This document shows, piece by piece, positions 1 through 12,730 of a DNA stretch of 64,000 nt. The notes beneath the pieces are model-generated. The model was not told the DNA's origin. It was given only the letters and a program-made list of their open reading frames with translations, and did no database searches. Each line of letters begins with the position of its first letter. Within the stretch, counting starts at the first letter, position 1. The translations under genes were made by a program, and so were the position numbers. The stretch comes from the human T2T-CHM13v2.0 reference genome, Homo sapiens: the NCBI RefSeq assembly GCF_009914755.1, contig NC_060927.1, one strand, 5' to 3'.

Positions 1-1117
1 CTTGAAAAACTTGCAGCCTGACCATGTGGTAGGAAAGAAAAATCCATTTTCTGGGAAGGAATTCAAGCCCAAGCCAGCTGCAGAAATTTGCGTAAGTAAC
101 AAGGAACTGAATGCTAGTAGCTGAGACAATGGGGAAAGTGTCTCCAGGGCATTTCAGAGACCTTCACAACAGCCCCTTCAATCATTGGCCCAGAGACCTA
201 GAAGGGAAAAATGGTTTTGTGGGCAGCCAGGCCCAGGACTCTATTGCTCTTTGCAGCCTCAGAACATGGTGTCCCCGGTCTAGCCATGGCTAAAAAGGGC
301 CAAGGTATAGTTTGGGCCATTGCTTCAGAGGGTGCAAGCAACAAGCCTTGGTGGCCTCCACATGGTGTTGAGCCTGCAGGTGCACTGAAGACAAGAGTTG
401 AGCTTTGGGAGCCTCTGCCTAGATTTCAGAGGATGTTTGGAAAGACCTAGATGTCCAGGCAGAAGTCTGCTGCAGGAGTGGAACCCTCGTGGAGAACCTC
501 TACTAGGGCAATGCAGAGGGAAAATGTGGGGTTAGAGCCCACACACAGAGTCCCCACTGTGGCACTGCCTAGTGGAGCTGTGAGAAGGCCACCATCCTCC
601 AGATCCCAGAATGGTAGATCCACTGACAGCTTGCACTGTGCACTTGAAAAAGCCACAGGCACTCCACACCAGCCCATGAAAGCAGCTGCAGGGGCTGTAC
701 CCTGAAGAACCACAGAAGTGGAGCTGTCCAAGGCCTTGAGAGGACACCCCTTGCATCAGTGTGCCCTGGATGTGAAATATGGAGTCAAAGGAAATCATTT
801 CAGAGCTTTACAATTTAAGGACTGCCCCATTGGTTTTTGGACTTGCATGGGCCCCTTTGTTTTGGCCAATTTCTCTCATTTGGAACAGGAATATTTACCC
901 AATGCCTGTACCTCCATTGTATCTTGGAAGTAACTAATGTGTTTTTGATTTTACACGCTCCTAGTTAGAAGGGGCTTGCCTTTTGTCAAATGAGACTTTG
1001 GACTTGAACTTTTGAGTTAATGCTGGAACAAGTTAAGACTTTAGGGGACTGTTGGGAAGGCATGATTGGTTTTGAAATATAAAAAGAGCATGAGATTTGA
1101 AAGGGGCCAGAGGCAGA
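1..1117 (+). mobile_element. ERVL-MaLR internal region (THE1/MST-int), cut by the window edge
   Basis: Typical THE1/MST-int sequence (e.g. 'gcagaagtctgctgcaggagtggaaccctcgtggagaacctctactagggca'); ends in a purine-rich PPT 'gaaaggggccagaggcaga' next to the LTR. Fragmented ORFs 211-450 and 451-705 are the decayed MaLR ORF. Confidence 0.9.
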
Positions 1118-1472
1118 TAATATAATTTGGCTCTTTGTCACCACCCAAATCCCATTTCAAATTATAATCCCTATGTATCAAGGGAGGGACTTGGTGTGAG
1201 GTGATTGGATCATGGGGGTGGTTTCCCCACACTGTTCTCATGATAGTGAGTGAGTTCTCATAATATTTGATGGTTTAAAGGTGTGGAACTTTCTCTTTCT
1301 CTCTCTATCCTGCCACCAAGTAAAACGTGCCTTACTTCCCCTTCCACCATGATTGTAAGTTTCCTGAGACCTCCTAAGCCATGTGGAACTATAAGCCAAT
1401 TAAACCTCTTTTCTTTATAAATTGCCTAGTCTTCGGTAGTTCTTTATAGTAGTTTGAAAACAGACTAGTGCA
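1118..1472 (+). mobile_element. MaLR 3' LTR (THE1D/MSTA-like)
   Basis: Starts 'taatataatttggctctttgtcaccacccaaat' (cf. TGATATGGTTTGG..CCCACCCAAAT), contains 'attaaacctcttttctttataaatt', ends 'cagactagtgca'. Confidence 0.9.
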
Positions 1473-2134
1473 CTCTTGATTCTGTTTATCAGGAAAAGCC
1501 TCACAATATACATCTCTTTTTCTTCACGAGTATTATTTCATTATAAAAGTTTTACTCCCACCTTTTCTCAGTGCTTGTTTCCCAGAGAACTAAACTTGTG
1601 ACAAAAATGATCTTAATAATGTATACAGTATTGGTGATTTTATCCCTATTGCCTAAGAGAATGCCTAGAAGATGTTTGTTACTCAATAAATCTAGTTGAA
1701 TGATTTAATACTATATTCTATATATAATTTCTGAGAAAAGTGAGTGAAATTAGTCATTATCCAATTCTTCCTTGTTCTTTATGGTAAATGCTTGAAACTG
1801 GATATTAGTTGAAGCAAAGATACTGGTAATTTTTTTCTTTAAATTTAAATAGCTTTTAGTGAATATTAAGAAAAATAAGAATAAACCACTAAAATTATAT
1901 AACAGCAACATTTTTATTGTTATTGTTGTTGCATGTATTTTTTTCCCCAAAACACTTCTAGAACTTTGACAATTAAACTGAGACTCATACAGCGTTGATG
2001 TTTGTGGCCACTTTTATGAGGCAACACCAAGGACACTCTCATACTCTAAGGGTCTCAAAATCTCTCTTATGTCTCTATGTCTTAAACCTCCTAAACCTAA
2101 TGCTGTTAGTGCATTCAACTCTGATGGTAGTAGT

Positions 2135-2596
2135 TTTATTAGTCAGAGTTTTCCAGAAAAACAGAACACACAGGGAGAGATGGAGACAGACAGATTTATA
2201 GACATAGATTTATTGTAGATAATTGGCTGTCATGATTGTGGGAGCAGGCAAGTATGTAAATTGTAAGGCAAACTGGCAAGCTGGAAATTAAGATAAGAAT
2301 TGTGATTGCAGTTTTGAGTCTGAAGTCTGTGGAAAAGCAGGCTGGAAACTCAGGCAGAGTGTCTATTTTGAACTCTTGAGGAGAATTCCCTCTTTGAAAT
2401 TTTCATTCTTTGCTCTTACAGCCCTCGATTTATTGGATGAGGTCCACTCACACTATGAAAGGCAATGTGCTTTATTCAAAGTCTATGGATTTAAATATTA
2501 ATTCTATCTAAAATATACCTTCACAGCAACTTGTACACTGGTGTTTGACCAAACAACTGGGCACCATAGCCTAGACAAGTTGACAGCCATATCATA
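2135..2596 (-). mobile_element. ERVL solo LTR, MLT2 family (MLT2D-like)
   Basis: 'tattagtcagagttttccagaaaaacagaac' through 'gtgtttgaccaaacaactgggcaccatagcctagacaagttgaca' is the reverse complement of MLT2 LTR ends. Confidence 0.8.
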
Positions 2597-2924
2597 CTGG
2601 TATTTTATCTAAATGACCAAATTGAAGCACATAAACTCTTTCTGAAAAAAAAAAAAAAAAAGAAACTGTGGAGTTCTTCTATCATCTCATACTTGCAGAC
2701 ATAAGCTTTCCAAATCATCTAGGAAATATGACAACAGGGTTTTATGAACAAATGAGTTTCAATTGAAGTGATTAGAATGAAGGAGCAGAATGGGATGCTG
2801 GGCTTGGGAGGGATGGTCCTTGACTCTCAGGTCTCCACTTATGAAAAGAGAAGTCAAGTGATCTCTAGAGGTTAAGAAAACTGGTAACATACTCTGCTTT
2901 TTATGTTTCTGAATAACTGTCTTA

Positions 2925-3285
<361 letters not shown>

Positions 3286-3997
3286 AAAGTGATCTGAGGG
3301 TTCACTGCAGAGGCAGACATAGGAAATAAAAGAAATCCTATGTTGATGAGAAATAAGGAGAGAGGTCATTGTCTGTTCTTTCTTTATCCTCTTTCGTTGG
3401 AACAAGACATTTCACAATTACTATTAAAATATTTACATATTAGAGAAATATGGAACTAGAATGTGTTTTAAGCATATTTAGCATAGAGTCTCTCATTTTA
3501 GATGATTGAAATTTGGTATTTAGGGAGAGGAAACCAATAGTAAAAGTTGTTAATTTTACCCCTTCTCATATTGTCAGGCTTAATTTCATTTTAAAAGGAG
3601 AGTTTATTTTAAATAAAATGATTGCCCAGAGTCAAATGAAGATCATGCTTAAAATTGCAGTGAATTTTATGTAATCAGTGATTTAAAGGACAGTTTTCCA
3701 ATACTATGCTGCATCGGTGAATGCAGTAATAGAAATGGAGGATATGTGAGACTGTCCACATTTGCTTTGGGATCAGGACCTTTGAAGAGGAGAGAGATCC
3801 TTGTTAAGTTCACTTACCCTCCAAATCCACTCTCCAGCAAGCTTGACTAGGCAAGAAAGAAACACCATGTCGTCTTATCAAAAGCTTTGATGTCTCTATC
3901 TCAAATAAATGTTTCATTTAATAAAACCATGTTGCTGAACTAAAAGTTTATTTTTACTGTGATCCTCCATTTATCCTCATTTTTAAAAACCTGTTCA

Positions 3998-4090
3998 CAA
4001 TAGTCTTTCTTTGATTTTATAGAACTTGCATTAAAGATCTGATCTACAATCTCAGCGATAAAGTTCTATAAAATCAAAGAAAGACTATTG
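3998..4090. repeat. Perfect 30-bp inverted repeat with 33-nt spacer
   Basis: caatagtctttctttgattttatagaactt (3998-4027) is the exact reverse complement of aagttctataaaatcaaagaaagactattg (4061-4090). Confidence 0.97.
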
Positions 4091-4609
4091 ACATAGTTCC
4101 AGATGGGGAGAGTGATGAAAGATTTTCCTTACAGTTTTATAGTTTGAAAACCAACAAGAGATGGTCATTTTTTGTATTAATTTGTGTAAAATTTGTGTTG
4201 TAATGTATTGTTTATTTTTCTGGTGGCTTTAAACTCAGATTAATTTAATGCATATTTACTTTGTTGATCCCTTTGTTTGAAAAAGCCTTACTTCTTATGT
4301 GTTTGTGCATTTGCAATGGGGTATTGAAGGGATTAGTAATCTTGTGATTTCTGTAATTGAACATTTCCGCATATTGCTTTTTGGCATGCAAGATTTGTTT
4401 TATGTACTGATCAATTCTATCTTAGTATAATAATTACTATCCAGTTCATATTATGTTTGGAGAAGCTAATGGGTGGCCATTCTATTTGATACGTGGATAT
4501 TTGAAACTCACCCTAGTAAAATTCCTGCTAGTCCCAAGGGTATGCCTACAGGTATTACTTGAGCCTTTATTATATAGAATAAAAATCTTGATAAAAAACA
4601 AAGGTTCTC

Positions 4610-4840
4610 AACTAACCAACAGAGTAGAGGGTCCAGAAACATGCCTGCACACATAAGATTAATTGATGATGGAGAAGGTGACACTGCAGCATAGTGGGGA
4701 AAGGGTAATCATTGGAATAAATGGTGCAGGGTTAATTTCATTTCTACATGAAAAATAATAAATGCTGACCCCAACTTTACAACATGTCAGAAAAGAAAAT
4801 TAATCCAGACAGATTGTATATCTAAATGTAAAAGATAATC
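4610..4840 (+). mobile_element. Ancient L1M ORF2 fragment
   Basis: Degenerate match to L1 ORF2: 'aacagagtagagggtccagaaac...gtggggaaagggtaatc...aataaatggtgc...tatctaaatgtaaaag'. Confidence 0.65.
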
Positions 4841-5134
4841 TTTTGACAAAAGATAACTGTTTACCCTCACATTTCCAGCAGTTACCAGAACCTAGCTATC
4901 CCTCTCTCCCACCCTACTCATTTTTAACCCTCACCCTTCCCTGCTCCTTCTTTCTCAGCTCATGAAATACTTTGCAAATAGATACCATTAGAGGAGAAGT
5001 TTCCCATTAAAGAAATAAACCTGCTTGCCTTCATGTCCAAATTCTTTGTTTTACTTTTATTAAAATACAAGCTCTATTTCTATTAAAAAACAAAACCTAA
5101 AACCAACTAACACAAATATGCCAGTTTTATTCTG

Positions 5135-5280
5135 AATCTTCTCTTTGTGCTTTCTTAATCTGCAAGAAAATAAGGCTCCTACTCATTTGGTTATTGTGAG
5201 TATTAAATCAATTACGTGTAAAGTACTTAAAATAGTGCCTGGCACTTGGTAAGCACTCATTATGTGTTAGTTACTGCTAT
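5135..5280 (+). mobile_element. MIR fragment (3' part)
   Basis: 'gttattgtgagtattaaat...tgtaaagtacttaaaatagtgcctggcacttggtaagcactca...tgttag' is a MIR 3' end. Confidence 0.75.
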
Positions 5281-5849
5281 ACCCACACAAACAATATCTT
5301 AAGAAGGTTGACAATACTTGTGGTCTCCACTTCCTCATCTCTTCAATATAAAAATCAAATAGGATTTTACCCATGGAGAAAAATAATTATAACTCCCTAA
5401 AATCTTCTATTGCACATGGAAAAAATCTTGGATCCTTTGCGGCTATGCCCTTTGAGGCCCTAGGTGATCTATCCCTTAATTGTGTCTTATACTTTGTCTT
5501 AAAACGGTTCCCATTTTGTTCACTACGGCCCAAGTATAATGGTTCCCCTAACATGCCAACGTCATTCCTACCTTTGTCATTTTTTTTAATCTGCCTTATT
5601 CACATAAATTGTCAAGAAAGTATGGATTGTTTTTCTCCACCAAAATATTCCCGACACCCATAATAATATCTGGCACATATTGGGTATTCTCAAGTTATGT
5701 GTAAACTAAAAGAATTACTTCTCCATTATGCTAATGGAGCTGCTTCACATTTCCTAGTCCAATACACACATCTTTTTATATATGTTACTTTTTTCCAATT
5801 AGCCTACAATTTACTCCTTAAAATTTTCCTTTTTTTTTTGGCTTTGGTG

Positions 5850-7045
5850 ACTCTTTTCTGTTTATTATTATTTTTTCTTCTTCCACCAGTCCCGCTGTGT
5901 TTTCTCCATGTAGGTATTCTTTGCAAGAAATATCTTGGATATCTCTGGACATCTCAATTTTGAATACCCTAAAATTTGTTCTTCTTTATTTATTCTGTCC
6001 TTTCTCTCCAGGTAACACATTCAGCCCTATGACTAATGATTCCTAAGTTTCTATCAATGGTCTGAACTTACCCTTAAGCTCCAGACTTGTATGACTAGTC
6101 AGCTATTTACCATCTCTACATGTCTACAGTGAAATGTATATATGCCTTTTTTCCTCAAACCTGTTTTAGCCCACGCTCCACACATCAGTAAATAGTGCTG
6201 TTAGCCATCCAGTCGCTCAAGGCAAACACATAAGTGTTCTCTATTATTCCTTCTCTCTCCTCCACATCACAAGTCATCTTACCTCAAAAATCAGTCTTAG
6301 ACTCTCCTACTCTCTCTGGGTTCAATGAATCATAATCATTGTTGATCTCTACAATTCTATAATAAACAACTACTACTACTACTATCACTCCCACCACCAC
6401 CCTTACTACTAGCAGTTAGTTATCTAAACCTGCTTTCTCAATAGTTTTCATGCCTATACTTTTGTTCTTCTCTAATATGTTCCCCACAAATTAAAGATTT
6501 TGCCCATTTCTACTGAAATAACTAAATACTCCTTGAATAAATTTTCATTAATCTTAGAATGATAAAACATCCAAAGTCTAAAGGCCCTACTAAGATGAAA
6601 GGGCCCTTCAAGATCGGCCTTCAGTCTCCCAGCACTTGCTGTGCTTCAGCTGTGCTGGTCTCCTCTTTCTATACTTTAAATTCCCTCAATCTTGTTAGAT
6701 TAGACTTCGTACTAATTTCTCTGGAGGCTGTTTTCTTCCATGCTGCAGGATTGACTCCTTTAACTTTCTTCAATTTACTGTTTATTTGCTACTTCCTCAG
6801 AAAATTGGTTCTTCCTGAAACATATTAAGTGAACTACACTTTTCCCATTTATTCTATAGTATGGACGATATTTTCGTTGTTGACCTTATGAAAGATTTTA
6901 AAATTTTATATTATTACTCAATTATCCAGTGGAATGTGAATCCGAGATTCAAGGATCTTGATTGTTTTGCTCACTAGTTAATCATTACAGTCCGGTGCAG
7001 TGCAATGCTTGCTGTTTCAGTTGTAGTTAATGTTGAGTAAATATT
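5850..7045 (+). mobile_element. L2 (L2a-like) 3' region, highly diverged
   Basis: L2-like motifs 'aagctccagacttgtat', 'ccatccagtcgctcaaggcaaacac', 'tgttttgctcact'; pyrimidine-rich. Confidence 0.6.
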
Positions 7046-7099
7046 TTCAATAATTGATTATATCATTCCCAGGGGATGTCAGATATTGATAGAGTAACA

Positions 7100-7226
7100 C
7101 CTTGCTACTCGAAGCACGGTCTAGATGGGCAGCAGTGGCATCACCTGGGAGCTAGTTAGATTTGCAGAGCCTGAATTTTAGAAACATCCTAGTTGGTTTA
7201 TGCACATTAATGTTTAAGAAGCATGG
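7100..7226 (+). mobile_element. MER5A-like hAT-Charlie MITE, internally deleted
   Basis: 'cagcagtggcatcacctgggagctagttagatttgcaga' and 'tatgcacattaatgtttaagaagc'. Confidence 0.7.
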
Positions 7227-7387
7227 ATTAATATACATAGATTTTTTGTTTAAACATGTACTACCTGAGACTCCAAGAATATTTTCTCCAAGTATGTTTA
7301 ATCATAAAATGCTCTTAGAAATGAAGAATATTAAGTAGTTCTTGAAAAGGGGCAAATGGACCAAATGAATATGCAGTAGGTAGGAGC

Positions 7388-7570
7388 CTTAGGTGGTAGG
7401 GCATATCCGTAGTCCCAGCACTCAGGGAGGCTCAGGCAGGAGTTGAGTCCTGCTTGAGTCCAAGAGTTCCAGGCTGCAGTGAGTTATGTTTGCACCAATG
7501 AACTCCAGCCTGGGAGACAGAATGAGACCCTCTCTCCCTGAACAAACCCAAACAAAACAAAACACAACAG
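7388..7570 (+). mobile_element. Old Alu right monomer (FRAM/AluJ-like)
   Basis: 'gtagtcccagc...aggctgcagtgagttatg...actccagcctgggagacagaatgagaccct' followed by an (AAAC)n-like tail; no left arm. Confidence 0.8.
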
Positions 7571-9224
7571 AATAAGTAGGAAAAAATTGAGTGTTTTAAG
7601 AAAGGCTTGTTGGCAAGAGCTAGTGAACCATATGTAAAAGCAATCAAGACTAGAAAAAGAGTTCTATGTCAGCATGGTAGTTGCATAGGATCAGGCATGC
7701 AGATCAGGATAAATGAAAACCAATTTTAAGTGAAGCCAGCAATTGGAAATTTAAATGTCTTCTTCAGATCTAAAGAAAAGTTGCAATCACAGAGATACTC
7801 AAAATAGAGTATTTAATACCACATGCGGGAGAGTTTATAACATATTGCTGTGATTGCTGAGGAAGTGGAAGTTGGCTATAGCTTTATTCTAGATGTGATT
7901 CAATTTGTATATCCACCTAATTTATATATAGTGTACTAAGAAAAATGGTACTATGACACAGTGTTCTATTTCCTACCATCTTCCTAAAACACAAAATAAC
8001 TGAACTTAAATTTCCTAAAACGTAAACACAAAATTGATACAAAAAGTTGGCCTTTGGATGGATTTTTCGGTGTGGACATTTTTATTAGCTGTTAGAAGCG
8101 ACAAGACTCTAAGCAACCCAACCAACATTTTTTACAAGAGCAGGAAAACCAGAAAGTGATGTGGCTGAGGATTTCACATGAGTGAGAAGCAGCAAAAAAA
8201 AAAAAAAAAAAAAGAAAAACAAAATTCCTAGCATATTTTGATGAATTTCTTAAAATACAGTTTGAATAAAAATAAAGAAAAATATTAAATACAATAAAGC
8301 TACCCAATGGATATATGACACCTTTTCCTGACAACCCCTTTTTATGAAAATGCACTTCCTGAAGAGACAGGCCACCTGGTATCACACAGAATTCCCACAT
8401 GGACTTTGTTAAGTGGTGGCATAGGATCATAGGATCATAAAGAATTTTTTGCTGAAAGTTTTTTATAAAATGCTAAATTTGGTTCTCACAACTGAATAAA
8501 GGGAAATGTACACATTTTCAAATATTCAAAAATATTCAATAAATTAAGCTGTAAAGTTATGCAACCATACACATCCAAATTCTTCTGAAACCAAAATAAA
8601 TATAACAAGGGAAAATATGCTTTTGAATTATTTCTGCAGGAATCCTGTCTCAATGTAAGATATAGATTGGAATAACCCTGATGGTGCTTAGCACGAACTC
8701 TAAATATTTTGTTAGGTTGCTAACTAGAGTGGGAAAAATATAAAAAATAAACTTGGAATTCTATCTCTTTGGACATATGTATTCTAATTAATATATAGAC
8801 ATGCGCCTCAGCTGTAGTAAGATTATCAACGTAATCTAAATAGTTTTTTTATAATTTCATTCTTTGCACAGGGTGTTTTCTCAGCTTAGAATAATGTCCT
8901 TAGAGCAATGGTTCCCATGGAAAGCTTGACCACCTGCAAAATCGACTAATGTGAACCCACTACAAAATAAATTTCTTATTATTTTATTTAATTACATCTC
9001 AGAAATTCACATTAGAATATAAGGTTACTGAGGTCGAGGACCACAACTAATTCATCTTTATACTCCCAAGTCTAGTAAAGTTATCAATGTTATCCTAACC
9101 CTCCAATGTTTCCTGAATGAATAAGTACAAGGAATACAGATCTTAAATTAATACTCGATTGTGATTGTTGGTTCAGGTTTTCCATGAGAGTTCAGTCCCA
9201 GAGCAGTAAGTTAAAATTCCCACT

Positions 9225-9628
9225 TGTATCAGGATACGCTAACGTGTGATGCAGTATTCAAATGCAAAAGTCTTGATGACTTAAAATAAAGAAGGTTTGT
9301 TTCTCAGTCATGCCTTATTTCTATCGTGGGTGGCAGAGGTCTCTGTTAATTGTGGTCAGTAAAGGGTCCAGGCTGATGGTGTGGTCAGTGTTTTAATAGT
9401 GCCTGTTATCATGCCAGAGAGAGAGAATGATTAGTTACAAATTAGCTTTAAAAGCTTCTCTCTACAGCTACTAACAGCACTTCACACATTTTGCTGGCCA
9501 AAACAAATTAAAAAGCCAAATTCAATTCCAAGAGTAGAGAATTCCAAAGGAAGGGAGGAATCCTACCATGTGCCTAAAAAAGAAAAGCTGGGAATATTTG
9601 GCTAATAGCAGTAATGATTATTCCAACA
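9225..9628 (-). mobile_element. Old MaLR LTR (MLT1K/L-like)
   Basis: 'tgtatcaggatacgct...gatgcagta', 'ccaggctgatgg', 'cacattttgctggccaaaac', 'cctaccatgtgcc...gaatatttggctaatagcagtaatg'. Confidence 0.65.
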
Positions 9629-11861
9629 AAGTTTTTCAAAGGTTTATAGGATCAGAATATAGTAGTCTATCACCATCTCTCATATTTCCAAAAATGGTAT
9701 GTTGTGGTGGTGCTAGGCGTGGGAAGGGTCAATATTTTGTGAGAAATGCTGAGTAATGATTTTAATGCTGGAGGAGTTTTAACCAGATAAAAATGTTGTT
9801 GCTAAGGTTATCATAGATAAAATGCACATTTGTGTAACATGAGAGCTAGCTTAAGATATGACAAATGCATCTCCCATGCTGCTTTGTGATGCTTTGCATA
9901 TTTTGAGTTATAATTGAATCTTTTGAATCTAGGGTCATATTTATACCTACATATAGCATCTCACTTCAAGCCCAAGCCAAAGAAAGACCTACAGCAGCAA
10001 CCTGTACATAATTGGTGGCAATCAGTAAATTTTGCTTGTTCTTACTGCTCATATAGAACTCATTCAGAGTTCACATACAACTCTTACTACATTTTATTAA
10101 AATCTTAAGCATAATATTAAACAAGTTTTAGTTGAAAATTCTTGTTCCTCTTATGTCCAGGTTTAGAACTATAAGATTACAGAATTAGATATCCCTGTGG
10201 CCTTACTTCAAAAGAATTGAAAAGTAAACATACAGGATATATACAAAAAAATGTATGTTTTCAGGTAACATTTGTACCAAGAAAGAGATCTTCAACGTAG
10301 ATTTTTGGCATCATATCTAATAAAGACTATGAATTGTTAATAATAATTATTATTTTATTCATATCATTAGTAAGTATATCTTTATACTTATTTTATTTTG
10401 AAGTCAAACAATTATTTCTTTGAGTGGTTGTGATTTTAAAGGGCATGGGATACTGAAGTCTGAAGACATCTTTATTTAAAGTATACCCATGTTTTTAAAT
10501 GCCTTGTTGAAGTGAGTTACATTCTGGAAAAGAATTCTCAGGGCATATGCAGGTCAAATCCCTCTTACGTGCACCATTGCAATAAAAAGTTTATCATAAC
10601 AAAAAGTTCATGTAAGTGCTGGCTGGTAGCCTATGTTAACAGAGTCCTGCATATCTAGCAAAAATGAATTCCCCAGCACTGAGTAAGAGTTCCAGAAGAT
10701 TTTATCTCCAAAAGTCATACTAATTTTTAATTGCCCAAAGATTTATTCTTTATTATGAGATTTTTGACTCTTTTATTTCATTGAGCAATTGTTCATTTTT
10801 TTTCTGTGAGATGTATTGGTGAACTACCTGATTCCCAGAATTTTTTCTTTCTTTCTGTAATATTTCATATTCTTGAGATCCAGGAGGTTCAGGGAAGGAA
10901 GTACATACTATCTGTGTCCTAAGGTAAAGATTCCATACATTGCTGAGATTTCAGAGACTACTGCTTTCTATAGTTGAATTATTGTATTACAATAAACAAT
11001 ATTTAGTGAATAGTGAGTATCAGGTATTTATTTTTTCAGAGATCAAAAATATTAATACTGTTGAGCTAGGGCCTACCCACCCGCCTGCATACACACATAA
11101 TGTACTAAGTATAAAGAGGTAAGCTTCACTTCCCTAGTAGAATGGTGGTATAAAATAAAGGCCTCCCAACTCTTTCTTTCCTATTTGCATGGGGGATAAG
11201 GGTGGCAGAGGTTGTATACAACCATCTATGGCTTCTGGGAATTCATACTATGTTGGGACACAGCAAAATATGTGGTCTTATACATAAGGTCTTGGTGATA
11301 TTCTATGGAAAGTCAATGGGGACTTGAGGATAAATGAGTGTACTGCTAAAATGAGTGCACTGATAAAATTATCAGTTACCAGATTCATGACATGGAGATG
11401 TGAGGACAGGGGAAGGAGGTGGCAAAGAAATTTAGAAGGGACCTGATTGTTTGCCAGACTTAGAAGTTTGAATGCCCACAAATCACAAAGATGTCAGAGA
11501 ACAGATTCAGTGAGAGTAAGGGAGTGGGGAAGTAGAAGGACAGGAGATGATGGTGTGAGAGGGACCTATAGAGAAAGGTTTTGGAAGTGAATGAATATTA
11601 CATGGTAATAACGCAGCCATGCTAGTAAGCAGCTCAGGCATGGTGACTGCAGAGAACACTGGGACTGGGCAACTGAGAATCCAGTGGAATAAAAGGAATG
11701 TAAAAATTATGAAGCTATTTTTTTGAGCAAAATTTATGACTAACAGTAATTACAGTTACTACATGTTGGGAAGCAGATTAAAAGTGGAAAAATTTACACT
11801 AACAACAGGTAGAGTTTAGGTTGAATAATTCTTACCTCAATCATACTTAGCTTCCATGACA

Positions 11862-12730
11862 AATGCTCCTAGTTGCCTACTTGATATTTGTTTCCTCATC
11901 CTTCTTTTCTAAGAGAACTGTGATTTGTGTGCAAGTGTGTGACAGTATTCCGGTGTTCCCAGTTGTATGTACTCGCAGTGAGGCCTCTCCTAAGAGTTAA
12001 GGGTTCTCATCTGATATAGTCATCACCAGTGAGATTTCAGTGGAAATAGCCAGTTGTGTATTCCCGGTAACGATTTTTGTTTTTGTTTAAGAGAACTGAC
12101 TTAGCTGGCTGCTAAGTGTGTGCTCCCCCAAAATTAATATGTTAAAATCCTATCCCCCTAATGTGATGGTATTAGGCAGTAGGGCGTTTGGTAGAAGAAT
12201 ATACCACAAGGGGTCCACACTTATGAATGAAATTAGTGCCCTATGAAAGAGACTTGGAGTTTGCCCCTTCCATCATGGGAGGATGCAATGAGAAGACGGC
12301 TGCCTATCAAGAATGGGAGCCTTACCAGACTAATGTGGCCATGCTTTGACGTCAGACTTTCCAGCCTCCAGAATTATGAAAAATAAATTCCTGGTATATT
12401 GTATTCTGGTAAAGCAGCCTGAACACACCAAGGCACTGACACTGCCAGTCTTTTTCTTTTGTCTTTTGTCCTTGATTCTTTTAACTGCATGGAGCAAGAA
12501 TGCAATCTCTAGACATGAAGTTGCCAACTTTTGAACATCAAAATGAAGGCCTTAAATTAAAGATATCTGAGCAGAGATAGGTAAAGAGCCTGGACTTGGA
12601 TGGTTTGGAGAAGTCACTTTATTATCATCCCTGGATTTTCTCACTATGTGATAAAATTTATCCCTATGCGATTAAGCCCCTATAGACAGGTTTCTGCTAT
12701 AGGCAGCCAAACATGATCCTTAATTGGAAA
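11862..12730 (+). mobile_element. Old MLT1 (MLT1J/I-like) LTR interrupted by a younger MLT1A
   Basis: The halves 11862-12109 and 12436-12730 are MLT1-like and end 'ggtttctgctataggcagccaaacatgatccttaattg'. Confidence 0.55.
12110..12435 (+). mobile_element. MLT1A/MLT1A0 solo LTR
   Basis: TG...CA termini; 'cccccaaaattaatatgttaaaatcct..aatgtgatggtattagg', 'gactttccagcctccagaattatgaaaaataaattcc'; 5-bp TSD ctggc/ctgac. Confidence 0.85.

Noticed and set aside
111-1241. Cluster of overlapping 60-94 aa ORFs (e.g. MSRQKSAAGVEPSWRTSTRAMQRENVG...)
   Set aside because: Frameshifted remnants of the MaLR internal ORF and their antisense frames, not a host gene.
8193-8213. Isolated poly-A run (also 2645-2661) as a possible processed-pseudogene tail
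   Set aside because: No TSD, nearby polyadenylation signal or recognisable mRNA/SINE body upstream.
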